A DNA stretch of 64,000 nucleotides from Amphiscolops sp. MND2022 (Eukaryota): NCBI GenBank assembly GCA_964187785.1, contig OZ076421.1, positions 21,080,001 through 21,144,000 of the forward strand, read 5' to 3'. A model generated the notes under the pieces. That model was not told where the DNA came from and did no database searches. It saw only the letters and a list, made by a program, of their open reading frames with translations. The position numbers were made by a program, and so were the translations under genes. The first letter of the stretch is position 1, and every line of letters begins with the position of its first letter. This document shows, piece after piece, positions 1 to 11,830 of the stretch.

Positions 1-3000
1 ATTTTGATGGCCAAGGAAGAGCGAAAAAATTCAACAAAAAAGCGACGAATGTATACCCTGCAAAGTGACAGGTAAGAACATTAAGCCTCAATTACCAATG
101 ACAGAGGTTAATTACTCACCACCAATCGAAAAACCAAACCAAGAAATTCAATTGGATTTCATTGGACCAATAGGATTTGAACAAAGACGATTCTTCGTAT
201 TAGTATCAATATATTGATACAGTAGGTGGCCTGCAGCGTGCATCTGCGAAACACCTACATGCAAAACGGCAACAAGTTTTTTGGAACAAGACATAATCCG
301 TAATGGATGACACCGAAAGAAAAACAGCCCAACTAAAACACAAATTCAAGGATCTATTCTACAATAACAAAGAGATTAAAGATCTATCAGTGAAAATCAA
401 TCCAAAGGAAGGGGCACAAATTATACAACAAAAAAGACGACCTATACCAACACACTTACAAAAACAACTGGCAAAAGAATTTTAAAACGATTGATAGAAA
501 TTGGATATCTGGAAAGAGCAACCGAAATAACTGAAGACTGTTTCGTGAGTCCCGCAGTATTAACAGTAAAGAAAGACAAAAGAGTCAAAATAGCACCAGA
601 TTCACGAATAATGAACGAAGTAGCAATAAAAGGAAAAGCACAAATGCCATACATGGAAGAACTAATTTGAAGATTTGCAACAAAATTATCAGAAGGAGAA
701 GACAGTGAAACTCTGGCAACAAAACAAGATTTCGAGTATGGTCTGGCAGGTATCCCAACAATTTTCCAAGAACGGATCGATAGAACACTGGAATACAATC
801 ATCCGGAAGGGCTTCACTACATAACAGTAGTAACGAAAGAAGATGTAAAGAAACACGAAGCAGAAGTAAGAGAAACGACGAAACAACTCGAAAACGCTGG
901 TTACAGACTAAACCCAAAGCGGTGCGAATTCTGTAAACGAGAAATTGAATGGGTGGGTCATAAATTTGACCAAATTAAAAAAGATCGAACAATTGGAAAA
1001 AGAAGACCCAACAGCAGAAACACTTGTCTTAACAAATAGATGGAAAGAACTGGTCAAACCGAACGGTTATAAAATAACGAATGGAGTCTGGAAGAAATAT
1101 AACACCGCGAGATTTCACCGAATGGAAATTAAACGAGATTGAGAAGGAACTAGACCAAAAGATGATCAGACAAAGAAACCTGGCAAAGAAGGGAACAGCA
1201 TAGTAAAGAAACACTGGAAGAACGAGAACTTTTCAGACAGACAAAACAAACGAGAAGAACTGTTCAGAGTAATTGAGAAAATCAGAAACACACCAATCCA
1301 AAACAATACGAACGAATAAGGGACCAGTAAAGACACGACAACAGAAGAAACGGATGATTTCAGCCAAGAAACAACATCAAACAATTCAAACGACTCAATG
1401 GACGTACCGGCGACAACTTTCGAACAGTACCTGGGAGCGACGGGAGCCAGGTACATTCAAATGGGCCAAGCAAGTCACGTCCATGAAAATAAGGAATGTA
1501 ACCTATAAGAAACAAAAAGGCAGGATCAACAAACAATATAGGAACCTTAAAAAGAAACAATAAGGCACGCTGAGCAAAAGTTTTCAACAGATATAAAGAT
1601 GATCGCAATAGAAAGAACAAACGATGACAAACTGTTAAAAACATAAGTCTGCCGGGAATGAAAAACAACAGCACAAATCCACGACGACTACAAACAGTAC
1701 ACCAAAAATCTATCAACACGATTCGGGGCTATTATCTACGACGACAAGATACTAGTGCCAAAAAGCCTTAGAAACACTCTAATCACCCTACTCCATGAAG
1801 AACATCCCTTGACTGACAAGATGCCGCACGCAGCAAAACCATTTTGGTGGCCAAGGAAAAACGCAAAAAAATTCAACAAAAATGAGACGAATGTATACCC
1901 TGCAAAGTGACAGGTAAGAACTTTAAGCCTCATTTACCAATGACAGAGGTTAATTACTTACCACCAACGAAAAAACCAAATCAAGTAATTCAATTGGATT
2001 TCATTGGACCAATAGGATTTAAACGAAGACGATTCTTCGTATTAGTATCAATATTTTGATACAGTAGGTGGCCTGCAGCGTGCATCTGCGAAACACCTAC
2101 CGGCAAAACGGCAAAAAGATTTTTGGAACAAGACATAATCCTTAATGGTATACCACAAACCATTAGAACGGATGAAGGCGCGGCCTTTACAGAAAAAGAA
2201 TTCAGATATTTTTGTAAAAATATAAATATTAAACTGATATACGGAACACTGTATCACTGTATATACACACACCAACCGGTCTGGTGGAAAGAGGAATACA
2301 AACGATAATAGGTAACATGCGCGCAAACTTATGGGACGGTTGCACAATTAACGAAGCATTAAGCCGTTCATTGAATGTAATGAGATTAACTGTCCGCTCC
2401 AGTATTTAAGAAACTCCTCTCGAACGTTACTACGGAAGAAAACCTAGAACGGAACTATTGAATTTCCTAAACTTTTCACCAAATAATAAAACCAATGTCA
2501 TTTCAGCAAAGCCGGAAACCCTGCAAGTGTATACATTCTCAAACAACGAAGGACATCACGATCAGCTAGTGATGAAAGCACCACGAAAGCTCTAAGAAGA
2601 TGTTAGTAAAAAAATTTCCATACCTCTTTCTAGAAAAGAAAGTAATAAAAAACACATTTGAAAGTGCATACGACACTAAACAACAAATAGCTGTAGCCGG
2701 AACAAAACACACAATTACAACAGACGAAAAAAAGTAATACACCGAAAAAGAGTAAGCAAACCGTTAAAATCTAAAATTCAGAAGCCACTCTCAAGACGAC
2801 AAGAAAACCCGCGAGGATCGGACGGTCGATTCACAGCACCAACGTTCATCCAACAAGAAACAACAGTGGACTCCGAGCAGCCAATTAGAAAGAGCACCCC
2901 AACGCTGTACTCTGGGATAGAATGCTCGAGACAACAATGCTAAGTCCCACCGAAATATGCCCAGTATACGGACGGGGGAGGCGAAAGTTGAAAAGAGACA

Positions 3001-3670
3001 GAAACGCACAAAAATCACCAGGACAAATCAACTTGCATATGTACTTAGAGATGCTGAACGAGTCAGAGGAAACAGAACACAATACAACTCCCACTACGGA
3101 AGAAGTCAAAACGTCATAACAGTAACCGACAAAAATGGTATTACTGATTTAATAAAAATTGAACAAATAGAAAACACAAATAAAAACACAAATAACGAAC
3201 CAACTACACGAAAATCATCAAGGATCAAAACCGTAATTCCTATAATACGTTATGGTAATTCATTAACACATTAATTTTTATAGGAAACACAGTAAACAAG
3301 TGGGACCAACAGAACGACCAGTCAAACAACTAGAAAGGAAGGAACGGGAGTGGAAACAGAGATTGGAGGAGACCCACAGCCAATAAGAACGAAGCAGAAG
3401 AAAACCGGCGAGAGCAAAAGGCGAGAGAAACTGATCAGTCTCAACAAAACAAATTGTCTTGAACTAACTACCCATTTAAATTGTCATGAAATCAAAAAAT
3501 TTTTATACGCTTACAGCACCTTCGCAAGGGGGGAATATGACATTATTATGTATTACGTCAAAATTAAGTTCAGACCATAGAGGTCATCATTGCAATTAGA
3601 CAGTCAAGTACTCGTCAGCATTTGAGTTTGATACCGCTTGTACCTGTATATTGTTATTATAGCATAACGT
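1..3670 (+). mobile_element. Decayed, rearranged Mag-like Ty3/Gypsy LTR retrotransposon (element A)
   Basis: Broken frames give an integrase fragment (1-306), RT (QQKRRPIPTHL, CFVSPAVLTVKKDK, GIPTIFQERIDRTL; 306-965), integrase zinc finger (LLHEEHP..FWWPR..C..C) and core (IQLDFIGP, IRTDEGAAF, LVER). All are colinear with the better-preserved element at 12579-18560. RNase H is missing and there are many stops and frameshifts. Confidence 0.85.
3526..3670 (+). repeat. Putative polypurine tract and 3' LTR of element A
   Basis: AAGGGGGGAA (3526-3535) is followed by TG at 3538, matching the position and style of the PPT/LTR of element C. The 5' LTR is outside the window, so the LTR end is only approximate. 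Confidence 0.45.
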
Positions 3671-4515
3671 TCTTATGGAAGTTAGTTGAGACAATAACGA
3701 GATACGAATACATTGTTATAAGCTGATTCTCCTTCACCTTACCATTACGAAGACATAGATCATTGTCTGTTGGATTTTCAGGGATGCTATTGAACGTTCG
3801 ATACTTCTGAACGATGGATAGTTTCAGGAATTGTTCGGGAAACAATTTGGTTCCAAGTTTTCTGCTTTATTCACGATTCTTGTGATCAAATCATAAATTA
3901 ATCTCTAAGATTTCTTTAGCATTTTGAATTATTTTTAGTTTGTTTTCTGTTGTTCTTAATCGGTCAATGAATTCTAAAGTTGTTTGCAATGTTTAATGTA
4001 TAGTTATTTTTAAATGATCATAATACAATACTAACTTGCTATCATTTCTCGAGATTTGTATATAAGTCGTATTTGATTTGATTGCGGCAATTAGAAGAAT
4101 GCGAAGTTACAAAAAGAATGTCACTTTTCTCATGAAAAGAAGACTTTTTATGGAGTTGGTCATCTTCATTTGAGGCATTTGTAACACTTCGATTCCCAGG
4201 AGGCCGTTATGGTGTGAAAGATTTATGGCTCTTTTGACCAACTAAGTTTTCTCTTAGTCGATATTTTTACCTAAATAAAAAAATCATTTATAACGGCTTA
4301 ATTTCATTCAAAATTTAATGCGACAATTTCATTTTAGATGTTAATTATTTGAGAAAAGAGTCATTTTAAATTTTCAGAGTCTGTTTATCCTTGCATCAAC
4401 CCAAAAAAAAAGTTTGATGATACAGGGTACCCGGGTTTCCCGACCAGGCCGATCATAATCTGACCATATTATGGCACCATAGAAATCATACAAATTTCTT
4501 TACTATGATCTTGCC

Positions 4516-4666
4516 ATGATCGGCCTGGAATCATATATGGTCCAGGGTATGATCGGCCTGGAATCATATATGGTCCAGAGTATGATCGGCCTGGAATCAT
4601 ATATGGTCCAGAGTGTCATCGGCCTGGAATCATACATGGTCCAGAGTATGGTCAGCCTGGAAGCAT
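4516..4666. repeat. 33-bp minisatellite (about 4.5 copies)
   Basis: Tandem GATCGGCCTGGAATCATATATGGTCCAGAGTAT units with few substitutions. Confidence 0.95.
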
Positions 4667-4988
4667 AAATTTTTGTTCCAAACGTGTGTTGACGTGACAT
4701 GCAACCCAAACAAAAATTTTCAAAGATTGAGAACAGCCAGCTTTATAGGCTGAGGACAATGGAGCCACATTCGACCTTTTGTATCTGCGAACGATACATT
4801 GCAGGTCAGAACTCCGTTAATCTCTAAGCGGAGTTAAAACCAAACTATAGTAACTCAATTTGTTCTCAGCCACCCCTCAGTTAATAACTGACTCTTTTAT
4901 TATAACAGTATCCACTTTGCAGTATGATTTTCGATTTTTCATTTTCTTTTTATGGCTCCAGGCTGACAATACTCTGGGCCATAAAGGT

Positions 4989-6343
4989 TTATGGTTCCAG
5001 TCTGATCATAGACTGGACCATATATGTCCAGAGTATGGTCAACCTGGAACCATAAACCTTTATGGTCCAGAGTATGATCAGCCTGGAATCATACTGTGAG
5101 TATGATGGCAGAGTATGATTGACCTGTTTTTGTATGGGATTGAAACCCGGGTACGTATTCAGCAAATTGTAGACACAAAGGTTATGCTCGTTGTGAGTTG
5201 TTGTGGTTTGTTCAGTAACAGATTCGTTTGTTTCGGTAGCAGATTCGTTGTGTGTGTCGTGATGAGCGACTGAATTGTCATGAGTTTGCTCACAGATTTC
5301 AGTCGGACTTTCAGGAATTGGTTGTGGAAGCGTTTGATCACGTGATTTCCGCACGTGCTCATAATAGATGATGCAATGTTTTTTGTCAATTTCTTCGTTG
5401 TCGACTATTTCTGGTGCCGGTTCGATGTGAAAATGTTGAGGTATGTGGTCATTGAAGAGCGCTCGATCATCGGCCGCGTCAGGGTCAGCGAACAAGCGGT
5501 TTGAGTCTTCTTCAATGTCCGGTATTGGTGCGTTCGGTGTGAAAGGACGTAATCGCATCCTATGCACCCACTGCGTTCGGAAAGTGCCGACTTTCCTGCT
5601 TATGTAGTTAAAGTTTGTTAGGACCTTAATTACTTTGAAACGGCCTTCCCATTTGAAGTCATTGAAGTTAATCTTGTCGGAATGCGTTGTGATTTTGGGA
5701 TTAAGCAGGAATGTGAAGTCTTTGACTTTTAATGGTAACGCTTGAGCTTTATGGTCGTAGTACTTTTTGTACTTGTGGTAAGCTTGCAGTATGTTGTCGT
5801 TCACTTGTTGGTACTTCTCATTCACCTGGTCAACTAGTCTCGTAATGTCAGTTTCCGTGGTTTCACACTTCAGGGGGTTGCCGAATTTGAAGTCTAGTGC
5901 GTTATGAGTGCTTTCACCACTGATTTCGTGTCTGGTTTTCGGATCGGTACAGCAAACAGATAACGCGAGAAGTAGTCGCACGCCGTCAGGATGTGCGTAT
6001 ATCCATTTGAACTAGGCAGCTCGCCTACCAAATCGATTTCCAGTACGTCTTCCGGACCGTTGCAGGGGTCGTAGATTTTTTCCAGAGGAGGGGTGAATCG
6101 TTTCGGGTTAACATGTTTTGCTTTCATGCACTCAATACAGTTACTTACATAATTCGACACGTGTTCGCTCGCGCTTGGTATGTAATAACGCTTGCGGAGT
6201 TCTACCAACATTTTTGATGCCCCAGGGTGTCCCTGCATTGGGTCGCAAAGCAATGTCCTGATTATGGGCATAGTAGTTTCTTGAGGTACTACGATTTGTT
6301 TAAGTAGAATTCTGCCAGTCATATTTAAAAAATTCCTATACAA
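4989..6343 (-). pseudogene. Element B integrase with the catalytic core deleted
   Basis: The frame 5894-6343 ends at KSVVKALITH and jumps at about 5905 to NALDFKF...KWEGRFKV in another frame. The second Asp and the Glu of the DDE motif are absent. Confidence 0.75.
4990..5115. repeat. Degenerate second array of the same 33-bp unit
   Basis: TATGGTCCAGAGTATGATCAGCCTGGAATCATA and more diverged copies, located at the 3' end of the element B pol frame. Confidence 0.8.
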
Positions 6344-6637
6344 AACCTTGTTAACTACTTCAAGTCGTTTTCTGTTTTTTACATGTTTTTAGAAAAAGGA
6401 ACTGGTAAAGTTAACGTGGCTTGGTAGTGGTTCGTTATTCGTTAAAATGCGAACCATTTTTTGGACGTCCTGATTACTTAACTGGTCCTGGATAATTTGT
6501 GAATCCCCGTGCGGACATGCCTGAATTACCGAGTTGGGGTGATGACGTCTGGTAAACCTCGTCATAATGATGGATGGGGCGTCGCCTGCCAGAACTGGTT
6601 CAAGGTGTCTGCTGATGAGTTGACTCATTTTGAGGCG

Positions 6638-8493
6638 TTAATCGTCATGTTGGTAGTGGTTGCTCGCCAGGGAGTTTAGCAAGGACTGCATTTTCGCAAA
6701 GTCGTCAGTGGGAGCAGTGGTCTCGGGCCGGTTTGGTGTAGTGGTTGTTGTTATGTCGGGTTGCTGTTGGTCAGGGTCGTAGTCTTCCTCGTCATCGTCC
6801 TGTTTTGTGGTTTTGGCCGCACGATCTATCTCGATGTGGTGGACTGGGATCTGGTCGTTCAATTTCAAGTGTATCCTGTCCTCAGGGTTTATATCGAGTC
6901 TGGACAAGGAATCTGCTGCAGGATTCTCGACTCCAGGGACGTGAGCGAGAACAAAGTCAAAGTGTAGTGCTTGGTCGCAATGGTTCCACAGCTTGGGTGG
7001 GATTCGCTTCGACTAGAAAAAGCGAGTCAGTGCTTTTTTGTCCGTCATCACAATTGTGGGTTTTTTGACTTCCCACAGTATGTGAGCAAATTCGTCGAAG
7101 GCGAAGTGCATTGCGAGGAATTCTTTAGCATACATGGTCAATGACATTTGACCTTCAGTGAATCGTTGCGAGCCGAATGCTACTGGGGCGTACGGCTTCT
7201 TCTGTCCATCATTGGCTTCGGTGTAGTCTTCAATGAGAAGCACGTACCCTGCTGCGTGTTCGCTCGCATCGCACATGATGACTAGCTGTTTGTCTGGCAG
7301 CGGTAGTCGAAGACTGTTTGTCTGGCAGCCCGCGCCAGGTTCTGATTGATGTCGAAGATTGCGTCTTTGTGAAACTGTGTCAGGGCGAACTTTACGTCTT
7401 TCTGTAGTAACTTGTACAGAGGTACGAGCTTTTCTGCCAACATCGGTATGTATTGTCTGTAGAACTGTACAAATCCGATGTAGCGTTGCAGTGATTTGAC
7501 TGACGTTGGTAGTTTCAAGTTGTTGAGGAATTTGTCGATCCTGTCTTCAAGCGGTGCGATCCCTTTGCTAGTGATGCTTGTACCCACGAATTCAATCTTC
7601 GGGTGGCCAAAGGCGCATTTGGACATCGACAGCATCAGTCCTGCCTTCTGTAATTGTTGAAATACTGCTTTTATGTTGAGTACCAGTTCATCCACATTGT
7701 TGGCAGCGATCCCAATGTCATCGACATACTGGGCACATTTGTCCGCTTTTACTAGTGTATCCAGGTACTCACGGATTGTGCTGTTGAACGCAAACGAAGA
7801 CCTGTTCAGCCCTTGCGCAAGTCGGAGGTAGGCAAAGGTTCTGCTGCCAAAATTAAATTGTATTGATTGTTCGTCAGCCATTTGGAGGCAGTGGTAAGCT
7901 TGTGAACAGTCAAGCTTGCAAAAATACTTCTTGCCGGCCATGTGCTGGGCTGCATCGGCAATTGTTGTAACTGGGTGGTTGTGTTTGTTATAGTCGTTCT
8001 TGAGGAGGTGGTTGATTCGCCTCAAGTCGACTAATATCCGAAGTTTCCCGTTTGGTTTTCGTTGTGCAAATATTGGTGAGGAATATTTGCTGTACGGTAA
8101 CGTTGTGATAATCCCGTACTCTTGCATCAGCGCCAGTTCAAACAGCAGGTCATCTTTCAGATTAGTGGGGGTAGGCAGGCTCTGAGCGTACACAGGATCA
8201 TCGTGTTTGGGCGTCAGTTTGATCTTAAAATTGGTGTTGATGCCGATATAAAGACGATGCCTCGCAAATATCGTGTGATATTTGACAAGCAGTGCTTCAA
8301 TCCTCTGTTGTTCGTGTTCGGTGAGGATCGAGTGGTCCCAGCAGAAATTTTTGAGGAACGCCTGACGTTGTTCGTCGTCGCATGTTGGGTTGAGTTTTTC
8401 AGCTTCTCGAAGTTGGATGATTTCGTCGTAAATGCGTCTTTCTATTTTATTTAATTTTTCAGGATCATCACATGTTCCGGGGTATGGTACCAC
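6638..8493 (-). pseudogene. Element B reverse transcriptase / RNase H
   Basis: ORFs 7282-8493 (SSPIFAQRKPNGKLRILVDLR, YVDD) and 7013-7276 (RNase H), interrupted by frameshifts and stops. Confidence 0.9.
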
Positions 8494-8606
8494 CGTTTGT
8501 CATTTGTGGCACTTGGATCCTAGAACAACTGATTGATTACAATGGGGGCTTCGTCAGGGAATTTAGTGAGTAGCGCCAGTTGTTCGTTAGTCATTGGCTG
8601 GATGTT

Positions 8607-9674
8607 TTAAGCTTGGTTAGGCGTAAGTATTCGGAATACTGCGACTGTGCTGTGCTGGGGTATCGTAATTTTGTGGTCCATGTGATTGGTGATTTGGATG
8701 TAGGTCTGTTGGTCCTTGATTTCGGACATTGATGAGGACACTAGCAATTCTGTTTTTCGTTCAAAAGCTGGGAACGTCTCTATTGTTCCTGTCACTGTCC
8801 CAATGTTCTTGTCCGTTGTAGCATGCACAAAAATTTGTTGGCCGGGTGAGATGGTTGTTTTCTGGGTCATCCTGAGCTCCAACATCTGCAGTCTGAATTT
8901 CCCATTTGGCGGTTTTAGTTGGAGGGTTATTTCTGGGAATCGCACAATGTTATTTGCAAGGTCCAGCGAAACAGAGTATTTTTTAAAGAAAGACATTCCG
9001 ATGAGAATGTTTCCCATTGTTGGTAAGATCATGAATGTCTCCTCGAATATTTTCCCTCCTATGAAAAAGCGGAGAAGCACCTGTTTTCTCACAGGAACGA
9101 TGTTTCCGTTGGCAATCTGGACTTTGAAGTCCGGTGCTGGGTATATTTCTATTTGGGTTGCTGGGTGGGCTTGTAGGATGCGACGTAGCTCATTCTCAGA
9201 CATCGCACTCTGGATTGCTCCGGTGTCCAGTAGTGCTTGATTTTCGTACTCTCGGAATTGAAGAGGAACGTAGAGCATCTTGTTTCTTCTGTCGAGCTGG
9301 AGTGTAGCGCTCAATGGTCTAATGTTTGTTGGTTTCGGTGAGTTCCCCCGTTTGGTGTTGTCATTCAGTTCATCCGGCTTGCGTTGTGGGTTTTTGGTTC
9401 TAGCCGGATCGACATCTTCGCTTCGTTGTGGATTAGGCGGGTTTGCTTTCGGAATGCAGTCCTTCGTTGTACAATTGGGGTCGTCGTCAATGAGAGGAAG
9501 TATATGGTAGTTATTGTGAGAGACTTTTTGTAAATAGTATTTCGTCGACGGTTTAGTCTGTTTGTCAGGACGCTGCCAACATCCTGTCGTTGTAGTTTTC
9601 GAGTTGTAGTGAGTTAGCGTTTGTTGTTTGTTGCGCGCACTTTCTGTTTGGTTGGACGGAGGATGACGTGGCAA
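8607..9674 (-). pseudogene. Element B pol N-terminus with aspartic protease
   Basis: ALLDTGAIQSAMSE and ILIGMSFF motifs, in the -1 frame relative to gag. Confidence 0.88.
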
Positions 9675-11263
9675 TACAAGTTTTTTGAATTCGGGTCGAA
9701 TTCATCATTGTAATCCATGTCGTAGCAGTCGTTGGCTTCTTCTGATTGGGTAGGCTGGTTTATCTCCTGCGTGACCTGGTAGATTGGCTGGTAGTTGTTT
9801 TGCGATTGTTTGAACTCACGGCGGAATTCGCGATTCTCATTGGTGGACTGCTTGTCATACGGTATATTTCGGTAAGCCGATGCATTTGGGACTCTGTCTC
9901 TGCAGTCCCGTGCGGAATGTCCAACCTTTCCGCAAACTTGGCATACTAGTTTGGAGTTGTATCGTGGTTTTTCAGCTTGTTGTTGTTGGGCATTGGTGTT
10001 TTCAGTTTGGGGACGTTGTTGTGTTTTCTTGGTTATCCCGTTGGCTTCGTCCCTGAGACGTTTGCAGCATTCAATCCACTTGTGGCCCAGTATGTTGCAG
10101 TATCTGTAATTTCCTTCGAACCTTCGTTTGACTTCTCTTGTGGCATTCTTTTCAGTGTTGTTGTGGTTGGGGGCCGGCTGAGCGTTCTGTTGTATTGGTT
10201 GGTAGTTGTAGACCTGGTTAAGTGGTTGCATGTCCGAGGTGCCAGGGAGCAGTTGTGCGTATTGGCAACGACGTTGCACGAACGTCTTGATCTCTTCAAC
10301 CTTAGCATCGTGTTTGCTTGCCATGGCAAGTTCATTTTGAATCTGGATCGGTAGTTTAGCAAACAAAAATGTCTCAGCTATGCCGTTGGCTTTATCTCCG
10401 TATGCCTGTTTAGCGAGTTTCTTGTATTTAGTGAGAAAGTCGGCAAACGACTCCTTCGTGGGGTCGTACCTCATCTGGTCGAATTTATACTTCTATACCT
10501 CTCTGAGGTCTTCCTTTGCATACTCCTTGTTGAATGCTTGCAGGACGTCTTGAAGTGTCGTTTCTGTTATGATTTTTAGGGTCTGCCAGAATTCTATGGC
10601 TTCATCTCTGAGCAAGCTCTGACAATAGTTTAGTTTCTGGTCTTCTGTCAGTCTATTCATGTGTGGGCGGAGGTGGTTCTTCAGTAGATGTTCGAATTCG
10701 TTTTGTTTTTCTCGGTTTCCGCGGAAGGGAGATACTTGAGTTTGGAGGAGTTTGGGCTGTATCACTCCGTCAGTCATTGTTGTTCGTAGATTATGTATTT
10801 CGTTCATTACGTCGTCCATTTGAGGTTCATTGGTGGGTGGTGCACAATCTCTGGTCTGGTGAGTTCCAGGTGTTGGGAGGGTCCTGAGTGGCTGTTGGAG
10901 ACTTGGAGTCGGGCTTGAGTTCGTGGAGACTCCTGTCACCATGTCGGAACGGGTCACGTTCGTATTAGTAACGGTGTTAAGTCCATTACATTGAGTTGTC
11001 GACGATGAAATTTTCTCAGTCAAGGCTAACACAATGCTTGTTAGATCACTGATTTGTCTGTTCATTTCCATGAAGCGTTGGTCGACTGAGCTTAAGTTGG
11101 AATTGTGTCTACTGTTGATTATATCTCCATTCTCAAATTCATTCATCTGGTTCCGTGGCAGTGTGTTAGGAAAACTATACTCGCTCTCGTTGTCACTATT
11201 CTGTTCCATTCCACTGGAAAATGCTACGTAACTATCTACGTTCTGTGATCTGGGGTTAACCAT
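9614..11263 (-). pseudogene. Element B gag (one in-frame stop at 10493-10495)
   Basis: ORFs 10493-11263 and 9614-10474 are in the same frame, separated by TAG. Capsid-like FRGNREK..FEHLLKNHL and zinc knuckles are present. Confidence 0.85.
9680..9686 (-). other. -1 ribosomal frameshift slippery heptamer A_AAA_AAC at the gag/pol junction
   Basis: The minus strand reads TCA AAA AAC TTG in the gag frame. A -1 shift gives CTT GTA TTG CCA CGT CAT (LVLPRH), which is the protease-containing frame. Confidence 0.75.
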
Positions 11264-11830
11264 GTTGAAACCTTTGAAAAAAATTCTCGTTTAAAAGTTT
11301 TTTGATTTAGTTGAAATATGAGTATCAAATTTTATGTAAGTTGGTGAGGTAGGTAACACTACGTTAGCTGATGGCAAGTTGTACTGAACGTATTTCAACA
11401 CTTGTCACAACTTGCCAATGCTGGTCACGTGACCACGTCACGTGATTGTATTAACCAATGGTATTGCACTATTGATTAGGTGTTAATTGGTGCGTTCTGC
11501 TGTTAGCAACGTAAATGGCGTTTGGTACAAAATATAGCGCTGATATGTTACCATGGTTACATGAATCATCTATCAACTTAGTACTGCGTTGGTTGAGACA
11601 AATTGAATCTATGATGATGGTGTCATACCATCGTTGCATATAATACCTCAGATTACTGGTAAAGCTGAAAATGATGAAAGCACTTGCACGCAGTGTATAA
11701 TGAGTAAATGATGCTAACTTTTACAAATCGATTTCATTTTGGAAAATAGCATTGATGATGGGATAGGCCCGTCATTGTTCAGTGGTAACTCATGATTATT
11801 GAAATATCAAGAGTATTGCATTTAACTGAG

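Larger units (their letters stand above)
4989..11263 (-). mobile_element. Decayed Ty3/Gypsy retrotransposon (element B), gag-PR-RT-RH-IN
   Basis: Gag with CCHC knuckle CQVCGKVGHSARDC; protease ALLDTGA; RT KLDCSQAYH and YVDD; RNase H CDASEHAAGYVL and KEFLAM; integrase H2C2 (QGHPG..CIEC), EIDLVG and KWEGRFKV. Several stops and frameshifts. No LTR pair found. Confidence 0.92.

Noticed and set aside
4516-4666. 33-bp repeats as a CRISPR array
   Set aside because: The units are directly tandem with no unique spacers, there are no cas genes, and the context is eukaryotic.
4855-11830. Short inverted matches between 4855-4884 and 11593/11822 as element B termini
   Set aside because: They are only 9-13 bp long and in the wrong relative order for a terminal inverted repeat.
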